From Blastocladiella emersonii ATCC 22665 (taxonomy: Eukaryota > Fungi > Blastocladiomycota), in assembly GCA_025594325.1 (NCBI GenBank), contig JANHCV010000002.1:2542001-2606000 (forward strand): a DNA stretch of 64,000 nucleotides. The letters are read 5' to 3'. Both the position numbers and the translations under genes were made by a program. The notes beneath the pieces were generated by a model. It did not search any database, was not told the origin of the DNA, and was given only the letters and a program-made list of their open reading frames with translations. Numbering within the stretch: the first letter of the stretch is position 1; every line of letters begins with the position of its first letter. Positions 42,422-53,507 of this stretch are shown in pieces.

Positions 42422-45400
42422 ATGGTGGCCCCCGCACTCGGTGCAACAAGCGCACCGCCCGACGGCCGCGCTGACACCGCTGCTGCCGTCCCTGGCCTGC
42501 CCGATCCCCCAACCTCATCCTCAACCTCGGGCGGCCCGCTGCCCCCACGGCTCACCGCCCCGCGCCCCGTCTCGCGCACCGCGTCCGAAACCTCGGCCGG
42601 GTCGTCGAATTCGCGCTCGGGTGCCGCCGCCACTGGCAAACCGCACGAGTCGTCTCGCCCGACCCCGTGGGAGGAGCCCGTGCACCTCGTCGCCCTCGTC
42701 CACTTCTGCGAGCTCACGGGGCCCTCCATCGTCTTTGTCTCGCAGCCCGTCCACTCGTGGGAGCTCGACGCTATGGCCGACCCGTCCACGTCGTTTCCGA
42801 CCGCTACGGCGTCGTCTGCTGCGGACGCTGCGGTTCCGCCACCGTCTCCGCGGTTTGCGGCGGGTAGCGCGGCTGCAGTGTCGTCGCAACCGCCCGCGTC
42901 AGTTGACTCGGTCGCGTCGACGACGGCAACCGTCCTCCCGCCGCAGCCGCAGCCGCTCTCGGCCACCGTCGCGGCCGCCGCCGCCACCAGCGTGTGCCCG
43001 GCATGCCACCCAGCGCTCCCGACGTCGCCCGCCGCGCTGCACGCGATCCTGGGCCCGTGCATCCGCGCGTTCCCGAGCCTGGTCCCGGACCCGGCCTCGC
43101 TGCCCGCGGACCTCGAGTGCGTGCCCATCGCCGCGAAACCGGCGCTCGTCTCCCCGCTCGGCGCGCGCTCGAGTACCTCGCCCGACACCGACTCGGACCC
43201 GCCGCTGCACGTCGCCAGCGCGCGGTACCCGCTGCGCCAGGACCTGTACCCGGTGCTCAAGTCGGCGTGCGTGCGCAGCCTGTCGTGCGAGGTCACGCCC
43301 AACCGGCTCGGCCCCGTCCTCTTCACCCTCGAGGTCCAGGGGTTCGCCGCGCCCTTCTACGTCGCGTCACACTCGTTTTCGTTGTCCGACTCGGCGTCCC
43401 GCGGTAATGTGCGCGCGTACGGGCTCCTGTTCCTCACCAACCACGCGATGCACGTCGTCAACTCGTGGGACACGATCGTGCAGTACGTGTTATTGGAGGT
43501 TCGGGCTCCGACGGTCACTGACGCCGTGTACGGTGTGTAGGCGGTTCGGCTCCGTCGTCAGCCAGCTGTCCAAGCTCAGCGAGACCGTCTCGACCTTCGG
43601 CACCGAGGCCTCGCAGGCCGCCGCGACCAACCTGTCCCCTGGTCCGTCCCCTCCCTCGTACCCACTCATACCCGAACCCGCGCTAACGCACCCGCCATCA
43701 CGCGCGGGATCCCCCTTGTCCAGAACAATTCCTCAAGAAACGCGGCAACCCGATGCCGCGCATCAAGTCGCTCGTCGACATTGTCGGCGTCTCGACCATC
43801 TTCGTCTCGCTGCACCTGCATTTCGCCACGCTCCTGCGCGACACGTGGGCGCCCGGACCGCACCTCGCGTCGGTAGTCGGACCGCCGCACGCCATCGTCG
43901 TGGACGGCGTCGCGTACCCGACCCCCGTCCCGCCACTAAGCGGGGGTGCTGTGGTGCCGCCCGCCGCTTCGACGACGCCGAGATCGGCGGGTGGGCCCGC
44001 AACGCCGCTCACCGTGATCATCCCGAGCCGCGCGGGCAGCGGGAACTCGACGCCCACGCCCAAGGTGTCGCCGCACCCCTCGGCCGTATCGGCGCCGACG
44101 AGCGGGACGCGCGTTGCGGCGACCGCGTGGACGACGCCGCCGACGACCCCGACCGCGACCGTCTCCGCGGCGGCCGCCACGCTGCGGACCCCGGCGTCGG
44201 CCCCGCCCATGCTGCTCCCGACGCCCGTCTCGCCCGGCGCGTCGGACGCGGACACGGCGGGCGGCGACGCGGCGCTGTGGTCACTGCTCCACCTCTTCTC
44301 ACGGATGCCGCGCCGCGATTTCTTGGTCCTCACGACGCACCTCGCGTGCGGCAACCAGGTGATCCTGCGAGGCGCGCCGCACCTGACGTCGCCGATCCTC
44401 GCGGGCCTCGCGCGCGTGCTCCCCGCCGGGTGCGCCAGCGTCGTCGCCAACAGCCCCGACTACCGCGACAGCTGGGAGTGCAACCTGCTCGGCGTCGACT
44501 CGTACGTGACGATCCCGACCGCGCAGCTCCGCGAACAGCTCGCCGGGTACTGCGTGCTCGACGTCGACGAGCGCGCCGTGAATCTCGGGTTTCATTACTT
44601 TCCCGTCGTGCCTGGGGGTGCGAACGGCGGGGGGCAGGGCGCGGGGCAGCCGGGCGGGGTGGGCGGCGCGGCAGCGGCCGTCGTCGGTGTCACGGCGATT
44701 GGGCCCGGTCCGCACTCCCTCGCCGCGGCATCGGTCGCGGCAACCACCGTCGTCCCGCCCCCCGCCGCGGGCCCCGGCGGGTCCAGCGCCGGCGTCGTGG
44801 CGCGCGTCGCCGTTGACCTCGCGCGCGCGCTCGACGCCATCGTCGTGCGGCTCGGCCACCCGTCCTCCTCGTCCACCTCCGCCGCGGCGCCATCCCCCGA
44901 CGCGCGCCGCACCGGGTGGCCGCCGAGTGCCTCTTCACTCCGCCTCGTCACCGCACCCGCCGACCGTGCCCGCGTCGCCGCCGCCACCCGGCTCGCCGTC
45001 GCGCGCGTCCAGCGCGCGTGGCTCCGCACCGCGGCCGAGTTCCACGCCATGGTCCAGCACGCCGCACGCGTCGCGGCAGTCGGGGCCGTCGGGACGCCGG
45101 GCGCGGGGACGCCGAGCGCCGGCGGCGGGTCGTCGTGTACCGCGGCGGCCATGGCGGCGGCGCTCCTCCACCCGCACAAGGCCGCGGTCGCCGCAGCCGC
45201 CTCCGCGGACGTGTACCAGCAGCACGCGCCGCCGCGTTCCGCAGGGTCCGCAAGTGCGGCGGCGGTTGCGACGCCGACCCCGCAACGGGAGCGCGAGCAG
45301 CCGATCAAGGTGCGCCGCCAGACGAGTCTCCTGTCGCTGTCGTCGATCCTCGGGTCGAGCTGGCGCCGGTCGTCGACGCTTTCGTCTACGGCGACGACGG

Positions 45401-45849
45401 GCGGGAGCGGGAACGCGAGCGCGACGGGGAGCATCGCCGAACGGTCGCCCGCGACGCCCGCCTCCATGGCGGCGGCGCCCGCACCTGTCACGCCCATGAC
45501 CGTGTACGGGCACGACCCATACGCGGCGCAGTTCCAGGGCGCCGGCGGCGCGCCGCCGCTCGCGTCGTCGCCCGCGCCGTCGGTCCGGTCCATCCTCAAC
45601 GAGCCCGCCTCGGCCGTCGGCCGCCGCGGCGAAGATGGGACCCCCGCGTCGCTCGCGGGCCTGTTCGCGGGTCCCGCTGCACCGCCAACAGCGGCGGCGG
45701 CGGCGATGGTGGTTCCGGACTGGGCGGCCGACGCCAAGTTCCGCGACGAGGTGGATATCCTGGTGCTCAAGTTCTGGGGCCGCGCGGCCAAGCGGCGGCC
45801 GCTCGTGCCCGTGTCGGTGCCCGTGGACCCGGTTGCGCCGGCGCGGTAG
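42422..45849 (+). CDS. FLCN: Folliculin (FLCN/Lst7 family), 2 introns
   Basis: Longin motifs LVHFCELTGPSIVF, LKSACVRSLSCEVTPNRLGPVLF, SHSFSLSDSASRG. DENN part LHLHFATLL, LACGNQVILRG, YRDSWECNLLG. Introns near 43485-43540 and 43641-43722 restore the frame. Confidence 0.92.
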
Positions 45850-46041
45850 CGGTGTGACTGGGAGAGAAACGATTTGTATAGAAGAAACTAGGATCTTTAA
45901 CGAATGAAGAGTCGGGACGGGGTGCAGTCGTGCAAAGATAGGTGGCTACTCGAGGGCCGCGGGCACGTCGCCGTCGCCGTCGTGGCCATCGCCGTCGTCG
46001 GCAGCGGGAGGATAACGATGACGGCGGCGGCGGCGCGCGAG

Positions 46042-47623
46042 TCACAGACCCGGCTTCTTCTTGCTTCCGCTGCTGCTGCTGCTGCTCCCCGCCGCGGTCT
46101 CGCGCAGTAGCGAGCTCGATGACCCCGCCATCAAAGACGAGCCGCCCGCGGCCATCGGCGCGGGCGCCGGTGGCGCGTGGCCGGGGTACTCGATCCGGCG
46201 CAGCGCGACGAGCGACGCGAGCGACCCGTGGGACCCCCTCACCCCCATCCCCGTGGGCGTAGCCGCGCCACTCCCGCGGCGCATCTCGCCCTGCTCGGCC
46301 ATCTCGGCCTGGACCTCGGCGCCGGCGCCCGCGGCGAGGACCGGGATGCAGCACCCGAACATGCACGTGAGCAGGATCAGGGCGATCCAGACGGGGACCA
46401 CGGCGACGGCGAGCGTCACGGACGCGGGCGACTCGAGTTTCAGAACCACGAGCCCGAGCGTCACGTACACGAACGCGTACAGGACCAGCGCAAGGACCAA
46501 CGAGGCGATCAGCGCGCCCCATGTCGGCCGCTCGGACCCGTCGGCGGGCGGGAACGGCGCCCGGATCGCGGACGCGGTGCGGATCGCTGAGATGACGGTG
46601 AAGAGCGGGAACAGGTACAGCGGCAGGAAGACGAGCGCCCAGCTCGCGTCGAGCGCGCCGCACAGTTTCGCGAGCACGAGGCCCGCGGTCGTCGCACGAA
46701 GGATGAAGGGCAGCAGCGAGGTGACGAGCAGGCGCAGGCGGAGCGCGAGTGGCGCGCGCGGGACGGGCCGCGGCGCGGTGCTGTCCGCGTCGGCGGCGGC
46801 GTGGTCGTCGTCGGGCTCGCCGGGAAGCAGCATGGCGGCGAGGATGGTCGGGACGACGAGGTACAGCTCGCAGATGGCGTACGGGATGGCGAGCGGCCAC
46901 GCGGGGATGGTCCCGTCGGCGGCGGCCGCGGTCAAAGCGACGAGCGCGACGAGGGTTCCCACAAAAACGGCGCCGGCGACCTTGAGCGCGCGAGGCGTCT
47001 CGGGCTCGGGCGCGGCGTGCTCGTCTTCGTCGTCGTAGTTGGCGGGCGTCGCGCGTTTGGGCGAGGCGGCCGACTTGGCGCTCGACAGGAACAGCGTGCC
47101 GAAGATCAGGTAGCTCGGCAGCAGGATCAGGTGCCACGACCCGCCAATCATGCCCTCGACGCGCACGCACACGAGCGACAGCTGCACGATCAGCAGGATG
47201 AAGACGAGCGCGACCAGGAACGACAGCGACCCGATGCTGCTCAGCAGGTCCGGCGTCAGCCACGGAGTGCGCTCGAGCATCTCGAGGCCCATCTCGCCGT
47301 ATCTACACTCATGGGAAGTGAGCGCGGGGTGGCACAGCAGCGTACACGCGCGCGTTGCGAACGCACCGGTCGTAGACGCCGCGCTTCTCCTCGTCCGACA
47401 GAATGTCAAAGGCGCGCTGCACCTCGCGGAACTTGTCCTCGTTGCCCGGGTTCTTGTCCGGGTGGTAGCGCAGCGCCATCTTGCGGTACGCCTTCTTGAG
47501 CTCGGCCGCCGTCGCCTCGCGCGGCACCTCGAGCACCTCGTACAGGCCCGGCGCGCCCAGCCCCGACGCCCCGCTCGCCGGGCTGCCGGGCGGCTCCTGC
47601 GAGTAGTGCGGTGTTGATGACAT
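46042..47623 (-). CDS. J-domain (DnaJ) protein fused to a multi-pass TMEM185/FAM11-like membrane region
   Basis: LYEVLEV...[17 protein letters not shown]...[23 protein letters not shown]|YGEMG (intron 47303-47366). Then three repeats of L-x-x-K/R-L/V...W/L-x-x-V-F/L-x-P-x-W/Y-L hydrophobic hairpins. Confidence 0.88.
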
Positions 47624-47943
47624 GGTTTTTCGTGCGGGATGGCGGGAGAGCAGAAGCCATCGGCGAGCGGGCAGTTCTAAAATTTTGCGGGTCACGTTGG
47701 CGCATCGAGCGACTTGGTCGACGTCGACTCGACGCGCCACCGCTCGCGGCATCGGCAACCTCGCGCTTCCTCTCTCCCCCGCTCCCCAACCTGCAGTCGC
47801 ACCCACGCCTGTACCATGTACTACACTCTCTGCCATGCATCTGAACCGGCTGCTGCACCCGTGTCCGCGTTCGCCGTCGCTGACCCCCGCCGCCATGCGT
47901 GCGCGCGCGTCTCGGTGTCTCTCTCTAGACCCCACTCGTCACC

Positions 47944-48662
47944 ATGGCCCAGAAGCGTATCCAGCGTGTACGTGACGCTGTGCGACGCTGCGTGCCTCAC
48001 AGACTCCTCACCGCGCAACCCGCAACCTGTAGGAGTACGCCGACCTCGTCAAGAACCCGCCCGCGGGCATCTCCGTTGCCCTGACCGGCGACGACCTGTT
48101 CAAGTGGTCCGGCACCATTGACGGCCCCGTACGCTCCTCGATCTTGACCGTCGATCGCGTCCTCAAGCCGCTACTGACAACCGCGCGCGTACGCAGGCCG
48201 GCTCGCCGTACGAGGGCGGCGTCTTCAAGTTCGACCTGGATCTCAGCCTCGACTACCCGTTCAAGGCCCCCAAGGCACGCATCGCGATCGTCTCCCGCTG
48301 CTCGCTGAACTGCGCTAACCCGTGCGAACCCTAGCTCAAGCTCATCACCAAGATCTACCACCCCAACGTCGACGACGACGGCTCCATCTGCATGGGCGTG
48401 CTCAAGGCCGAGGCGTGGAAGCCGTCGAGCAAGGTCATTGACGGTACGTCGTCGTGTCTCACTTCCCAACCGCTCGCGCCACGCTGACGCCCGTTTCCGC
48501 GAACTAGTCCTCCTGTCGCTCCAGAACCTCATCGGCGAGCCCAACCCCGACGACCCGCTGTCCGCCCACAAGGCCGAGCAGTACCGCACCAACCGCCCCG
48601 AGTTCGACCGCCTCGCCCGCGAGCACGTCGCCAAGTACGCCAAGCCCTCGGCCGAGGCCTAA
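47944..48662 (+). CDS. Ubiquitin-conjugating enzyme E2 (UBE2D/UBE2L-like), 4 introns
   Basis: Spliced: MAQKRIQR|EYADLVKNPPAG...LFKWSGTIDGP|AGSPYEGGVF...DYPFKAPK|LKLITKIYHPNVDDDGSICMGVL...|...EPNPDDPL. Catalytic Cys present; intron 3 is GC-AG. Confidence 0.96.
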
Positions 48663-48746
48663 CTCCCTCGCCTCTTCCTCTTCTCCGCGTGTGTTTGATG
48701 ATTTCCCGGTCCAAATCTATTGTGCCATGTACGAGTATCACCTTCC

Positions 48747-49533
48747 CTACTTGGAATCGCCCGCCTCGTCCATGTCCTTGTCTGGAGCGGCAAACAGCGA
48801 CTCGGTATCGTCCGTCGCTCGACTCGACCGTGACACCGCGGGCCGCATCCCGCCAGCAAACGTCGGCGACAGCAGCGAGAACTCGCTGCGGTTCGCCGAC
48901 TCGAGGTCGCGCCGCACCGTGCGGTCGTCGGTCCGCGCAAATAGCGCGTCCGGCAGCGAGAGCGGCGACGCGAGCGCGAGCAGGATCTACACCGACCGCG
49001 CATACATGCAGGCGTGAGCTCGAGGACCATCACACGTCCTCCCAAACACGTACCAGCGCCACGTCCTTGCCAAACCAGTACACGGGCGACCGGGGCACCA
49101 GCGGCGCCGGCGTGCTGCCCTCGTCGTCGTCCTGCGCCTGCAACCACGCAACCTCGCTCGCCACGAGCGCGACCGCCAGCGCGAGCTTCCACGCGCGCAG
49201 CAGCGTCACGGACCACCGTCGCCGCCGCTCGTGGTAGATCCACCGCAGGTGCAGGAACAAGTCGACCGAGTACGCGACGAGCCACGCGCTGAGCAGCGCG
49301 AGGGCCAGCACCGGGGTTGTTGGCTGTCCAAGCTGCGCGGAGAGCGAGAGCGAGGTGCATGCCATCCCGGACGTGGCTACCAGCTGTCGGAAACGTCGTC
49401 AGCGGCAGCCGGTAACGGAACGAGGAGGGATCCGCCGGACCAGAAACGCGCTGTGCAGCACCCACCGCGCGGGCGAGATGGCGGCGGCCGGGCGGGTCAG
49501 CGCCTTGTGCGATGATGGCGTGCGAGAATCCAT
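48747..49533 (-). CDS. Orphan four-helix membrane protein, copy A (220 aa, 2 introns)
   Basis: Exons 49441-49533, 49054-49383 and 48747-48986 are all phase 0. Four hydrophobic stretches precede a charged tail. Homologous to 50199-50959. Confidence 0.7.
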
Positions 49534-50198
49534 GGTGCGTCGTCGTTGGGAGCGAGAGCGCGAAGCCGGTTCACGATCGAGGAAAGGACGCCTGCGCTGT
49601 GAGACCCGCCTCGCCGGGTCGCCGGCTCCCGCAATCTCGCCCGAATGAACCACATGGGCGCGCGATCGCGCCGAGTGGTCCCTGAAGCCGGCCCTTCGGC
49701 GCAGCTCCCCCGCGCGCGCCACATCGGGTCTGAAACGGGATCGGCCGGCTGTCGTCACTAGCGAACGTTTGCGGTTGGTGAGAGAGGCGCGTCGCGACTG
49801 ATGAAGTGTGGTATGCACTCGGACTGTGCTTGAACGACAACCCTCAGAGTCGAAGCGACCTGTACTGGCTCAGCTCGCGCGGCGGGGGGAACTCGAATCG
49901 GCGTGTGATCGTTGCGACGACAAGGGGCGTGATGCAAACTTGATCGGTGCGTGGAAAGAGCTTGCCTCACAGCTTACATGGTGCGGCCGTCACGACGTCG
50001 CGGCGCAGCGCGAGACAAGAGGTGAGACGCGCCGAAAAATCACGTTTCTGCGCCACCTCGAACGGATTGCGTCTCACGAGCTCGTTGTCGCTAGGAAGTT
50101 AGCCCTCGGGCGTCTTAGCAGCACCTGAAACATATCTCAATCTATTGCACACCTGGCAGATTAGCCTAGGACTGGCGAGCGGCTCCCGCTCGCCACGC

Positions 50199-50959
50199 TC
50201 ACATCGAGTCCTTTTCGACAAACTGCTCCGTGTCAGCTGTCGAATCGACCTTCATGACACTTGCATGCGCAACTGACCGCATGCCACTCCCGCGCGGCAG
50301 CGACGCAGGCGACAGGAGTGTCTCGTCGTTGCGGCTCGCCAACTCGAGATCGCGCCGCAACGTGCGGCCGTCGATCCCCGCAATCATGCCCTCGGGGAGC
50401 GTGAGCGTTGACATGAAGGCAAGCAGACCCTATGATAGTCGGAAATGTGTGAGACAAACATGTTGCCGCGACGAAGCAGCCACGTACCAGTGCGAGATCC
50501 TTGGCAAAACAGAACACTGGCGATGGCGGCATCAGCGCCGGCTTACCGTCGTCCCCGCGCGCCTGCATCCACGCGACCTCGCTGGCCACGAGGACGAGCG
50601 CGAGCGCGAGCGCAATTTTCCACGCGCGAAGCGCCGTGAGCGACCAGCGCCGGTGACGCGCTTCCCGAGAGGCCCACCGTAGCTGCAGGATCAGGTCGGC
50701 CGTGTACGCGGCGAGCACCGTGAGCGTGAGCACCGGCGCGTCCTTGGCCGTGAGCTGCGCTGACAGCGAGAGAGAAGTTAAGGCGATGCTTACAGACAGA
50801 TGACCTGGACTGCTGATGCGCATAGTTAGCTCATGAAGCCGATCCGCGTGCGTGCAACGAGCCGACCAGAAAGGCGGCGTGGAGAATCCAGCGGCCGCAC
50901 GAGACGCGTGCCGGCTTGGTGGGCGCCTTGCGCATCTGCGGCGACGGAGAAGAGTCCAT
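50199..50959 (-). pseudogene. Orphan four-helix membrane protein, copy B; apparent 1-nt frameshift at start of exon 2
   Basis: Same intron positions and strong similarity to copy A (RWILHAAFL|, TSLSLSAQL, LRAWKIALALALVLASEVAW, FAKDLAL|, RTLRRDLE). No AG acceptor gives an in-frame join; the best acceptor (50805) hits TAA at 50790-50792. Confidence 0.55.
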
Positions 50960-51786
50960 GTCAAGGCAACTGCGGGAGAGAGAAGGAGCTCGAGGGCCCC
51001 CGATCGAGCAAGGTTTTCCGGACACGCTTCGAGCAAGAGGCGGCAAAGCAGCTCGCTCCCACGCAGCAGGCGCTCGATCGGGTCAGGCGGGCCCAGGTTT
51101 GATTCGTGGGAACCGTGGCCCACGCTGAAATGCGATGTGCCATTTTTCGTCCGAAACACGAAAAATTCTACCTTCGACCGGGTCGAGGCGGAGACAGGGT
51201 CTTGCAAGATAAAGTTTGACTCTTGGCCGTGACGGGACGGATCCTGAGACGGATCTCAACCACTCAACCAGGGGCTCCAAGCCAACCACACTCCACGCGG
51301 AGAACGGCCAAGTATTGTGGTTTTATGCAGAACTTGCTGAGTCTCTCAAGCTCAGCATGGTCTCAGTCCGACGCTGAGCCCGAACAATTGGCACTGTGTG
51401 GTGAGCTACGAACGCCGCGCGTGCGTTTATGAGGAGTGCTACAACCTTAAGTCTAAGGCGAGGGCGAGCACAGAGTGTGACCCACGAGCGGTGCATTGAG
51501 GCGCGGACGCGACGCGACGCGAGACGAGATGAGCGACGCGTTCAAATATCACGCCATATCACCTGATGCTGGGCGATCCCGCCCCCGACGCGCTTCGCCG
51601 ACCGCCGCCTCGCCACCGCCACAGGCCGCGAGCCTCGCGCCTCGCGCTCGACCGAACTCGTTGCAACGTCACGACGAACGCTCATGTAAGCTGCTACCAT
51701 GTAAACTGCATCGACTTCGCGATGGTGAGCCGCTGCGCTGACGCCCGCCCCGCTCTCGCGCCGCGCCGCTAGACCCCGCATCCGCC

Positions 51787-52245
51787 ATGGCCCTTACCAA
51801 GCTCGTCCGCTTCCTCCTCTCCACGGTGACCTTCTTCTCGCTGTGGCTCCTCGCCCTCAACGAGGCGATTCCCGTGCCCGAGGCTGTTGCCGAGTTCCTG
51901 CCCGCTGTACGCTGACCTGCCGCTCGCGGCTCGGCAGCTCCTACAACTGACCGCTTCCGACGCGTAGCTGCCCCTGTGGATCATCGTGTCGTTCGGCGCC
52001 TACTCGCTGGGATCGATCGGCTGGAGCCTGGTGACGTTCGGCGACTGCGAGGAGGCGCATCGCGAGCTCATGAAGGTACGCGTCGCTGTCGCGCGGCAGC
52101 CTGCAACGCGTCACAATCACGCGGCAGCTAGCCCCGCGCCGCCGCGCTTGAACGCAACTGACCTCGCTCAAACCGACGCGGGTAGGAGGTGGCCCAGGCT
52201 CGCGACGAGCTGCGCCGCAACAAGATCACCATCGACGACGAGTAG
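51787..52245 (+). CDS. DPM3: Dolichol-phosphate mannosyltransferase subunit 3, 2 introns
   Basis: Spliced: MALTKLVRFLL...FLPA|LPLWIIVSFGAYSLGSIGWSLVTFGDCEEAHRELMK|EVAQARDELRRNKITIDDE*. Confidence 0.95.
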
Positions 52246-53368
52246 GTTTGCCTTGTGCAAAGGCAGTGTCGCCCGAAGAGACGTGTATGATTACGACTCG
52301 GCCGCGCGTCGCAGTGAGGCTGCTGAGAGCGTTCCGTGTCGGTGAGAGCTTTTGGAACTCGGCACCGCCGCCGCCCATCTCGCTGGCGGAGGGGTTCGCG
52401 GGAAGCTGCAGCGGCACAACCCAAAGATGGCTCTCCGGTTCAGGCTCGTTGGCCCACGCAGTTGCTGCGCTCGCTCGCGCTCAACTCCCCCGATGAACGT
52501 TGCATCCACGAGGTCGCATCATCCGACTCGGCACCAACCTGTCAGGCGGCCTAATTATCGGCCGTATTCCCGCCGGAGAAAGTGCATGCTGATGCTGGAG
52601 TGCGGAGTCACGGAAGTGACGGCGACCATCGCGCGTGAAGGCTCGCGCGAACCGTGCCGCTGCCAGGATCACCGAGAAAGCTACGGTGTAAAAATCGCGC
52701 ATTGGCCGCACGCCTTCGTGGCGCGATCATCGCGAAAGCTGAGACGAGGAGCGCCGAGAAGGCCGGCGCGAGGGACGGTGAGAAAGTCGGTCGCGCCGAC
52801 TCGGCGGTGGAAGTGGCGGGGGGTGTTGAGTCGGGTGGGCGCCATGCTGAAACGGCGGGGAACTGTGGCGGCGGCCACGAGGCGGCGCCCGCATGTCCAG
52901 AAACTCTGCGCCCTGGCGGCGGCGGCGCCGCTGGCGTCAGGCTGGCGTCGATGATGGACGCGTGATCTACGCCAGCTGGCGTCCTTGAGCGAGGGAGCGG
53001 CTGATCCGAGTGGTCGGCACTCGACGGAGGGTTGACCCGTCGGCCTTTGTCCGTGAAATTCGAGCGGGCCGGTGGGTGGGTGAGTCGGGGCGCGATACGG
53101 GGGGTATTCGCGGCAACGCCCTGCGGATCCCCCCGCACACGGCGCACGCTCACGAGTGTGGCGGGCGCGCGTGGATGTGATGCGGGCCGTGATCTGGCCG
53201 GGCCCGCGTGGGCGCGCAAGGGCGCAAGGGCGGCGGCGCGTGAGCAAGCGTTGCCCTCGCGCGCGCGCGCAGTTGGTTGGGCGGCGAGCGTTGCTGCCGG
53301 TGCTTGCGGTTTCGCTCCGTGCAAACCGCTGCGATCCCCTCTCGAAAACTAGGGGTGGGGAGCGAGCG

Positions 53369-53375
53369 TATAAAA
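53369..53375 (+). promoter_or_regulatory. TATA box upstream of OPT gene
   Basis: TATAAAA ~140 bp upstream of ATG 53508. Confidence 0.45.
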
Positions 53376-53507
53376 CCGGACGGCCCCCCGCGGAGGGCGG
53401 AAGCTCCTCTCTGATAGATAAACGGTTGGTCGGACGCTCGCTTCACCTCGACACCCCCACCCCGACCACCAACCACCACCCGACCACCAACCACCACCAC
53501 CATCACC

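Noticed and set aside
39033-52245. MPDU1 and DPM3 (both dolichol-P-mannose pathway) within 13 kb
   Set aside because: Six unrelated genes lie between them and there is no shared motif; chance proximity is adequate without synteny data.
53455-53505. Duplicated CCCGACCACCAACCACCA unit upstream of the OPT start; (GAGGC)n in its first intron
   Set aside because: Simple slippage repeats with no further structure.
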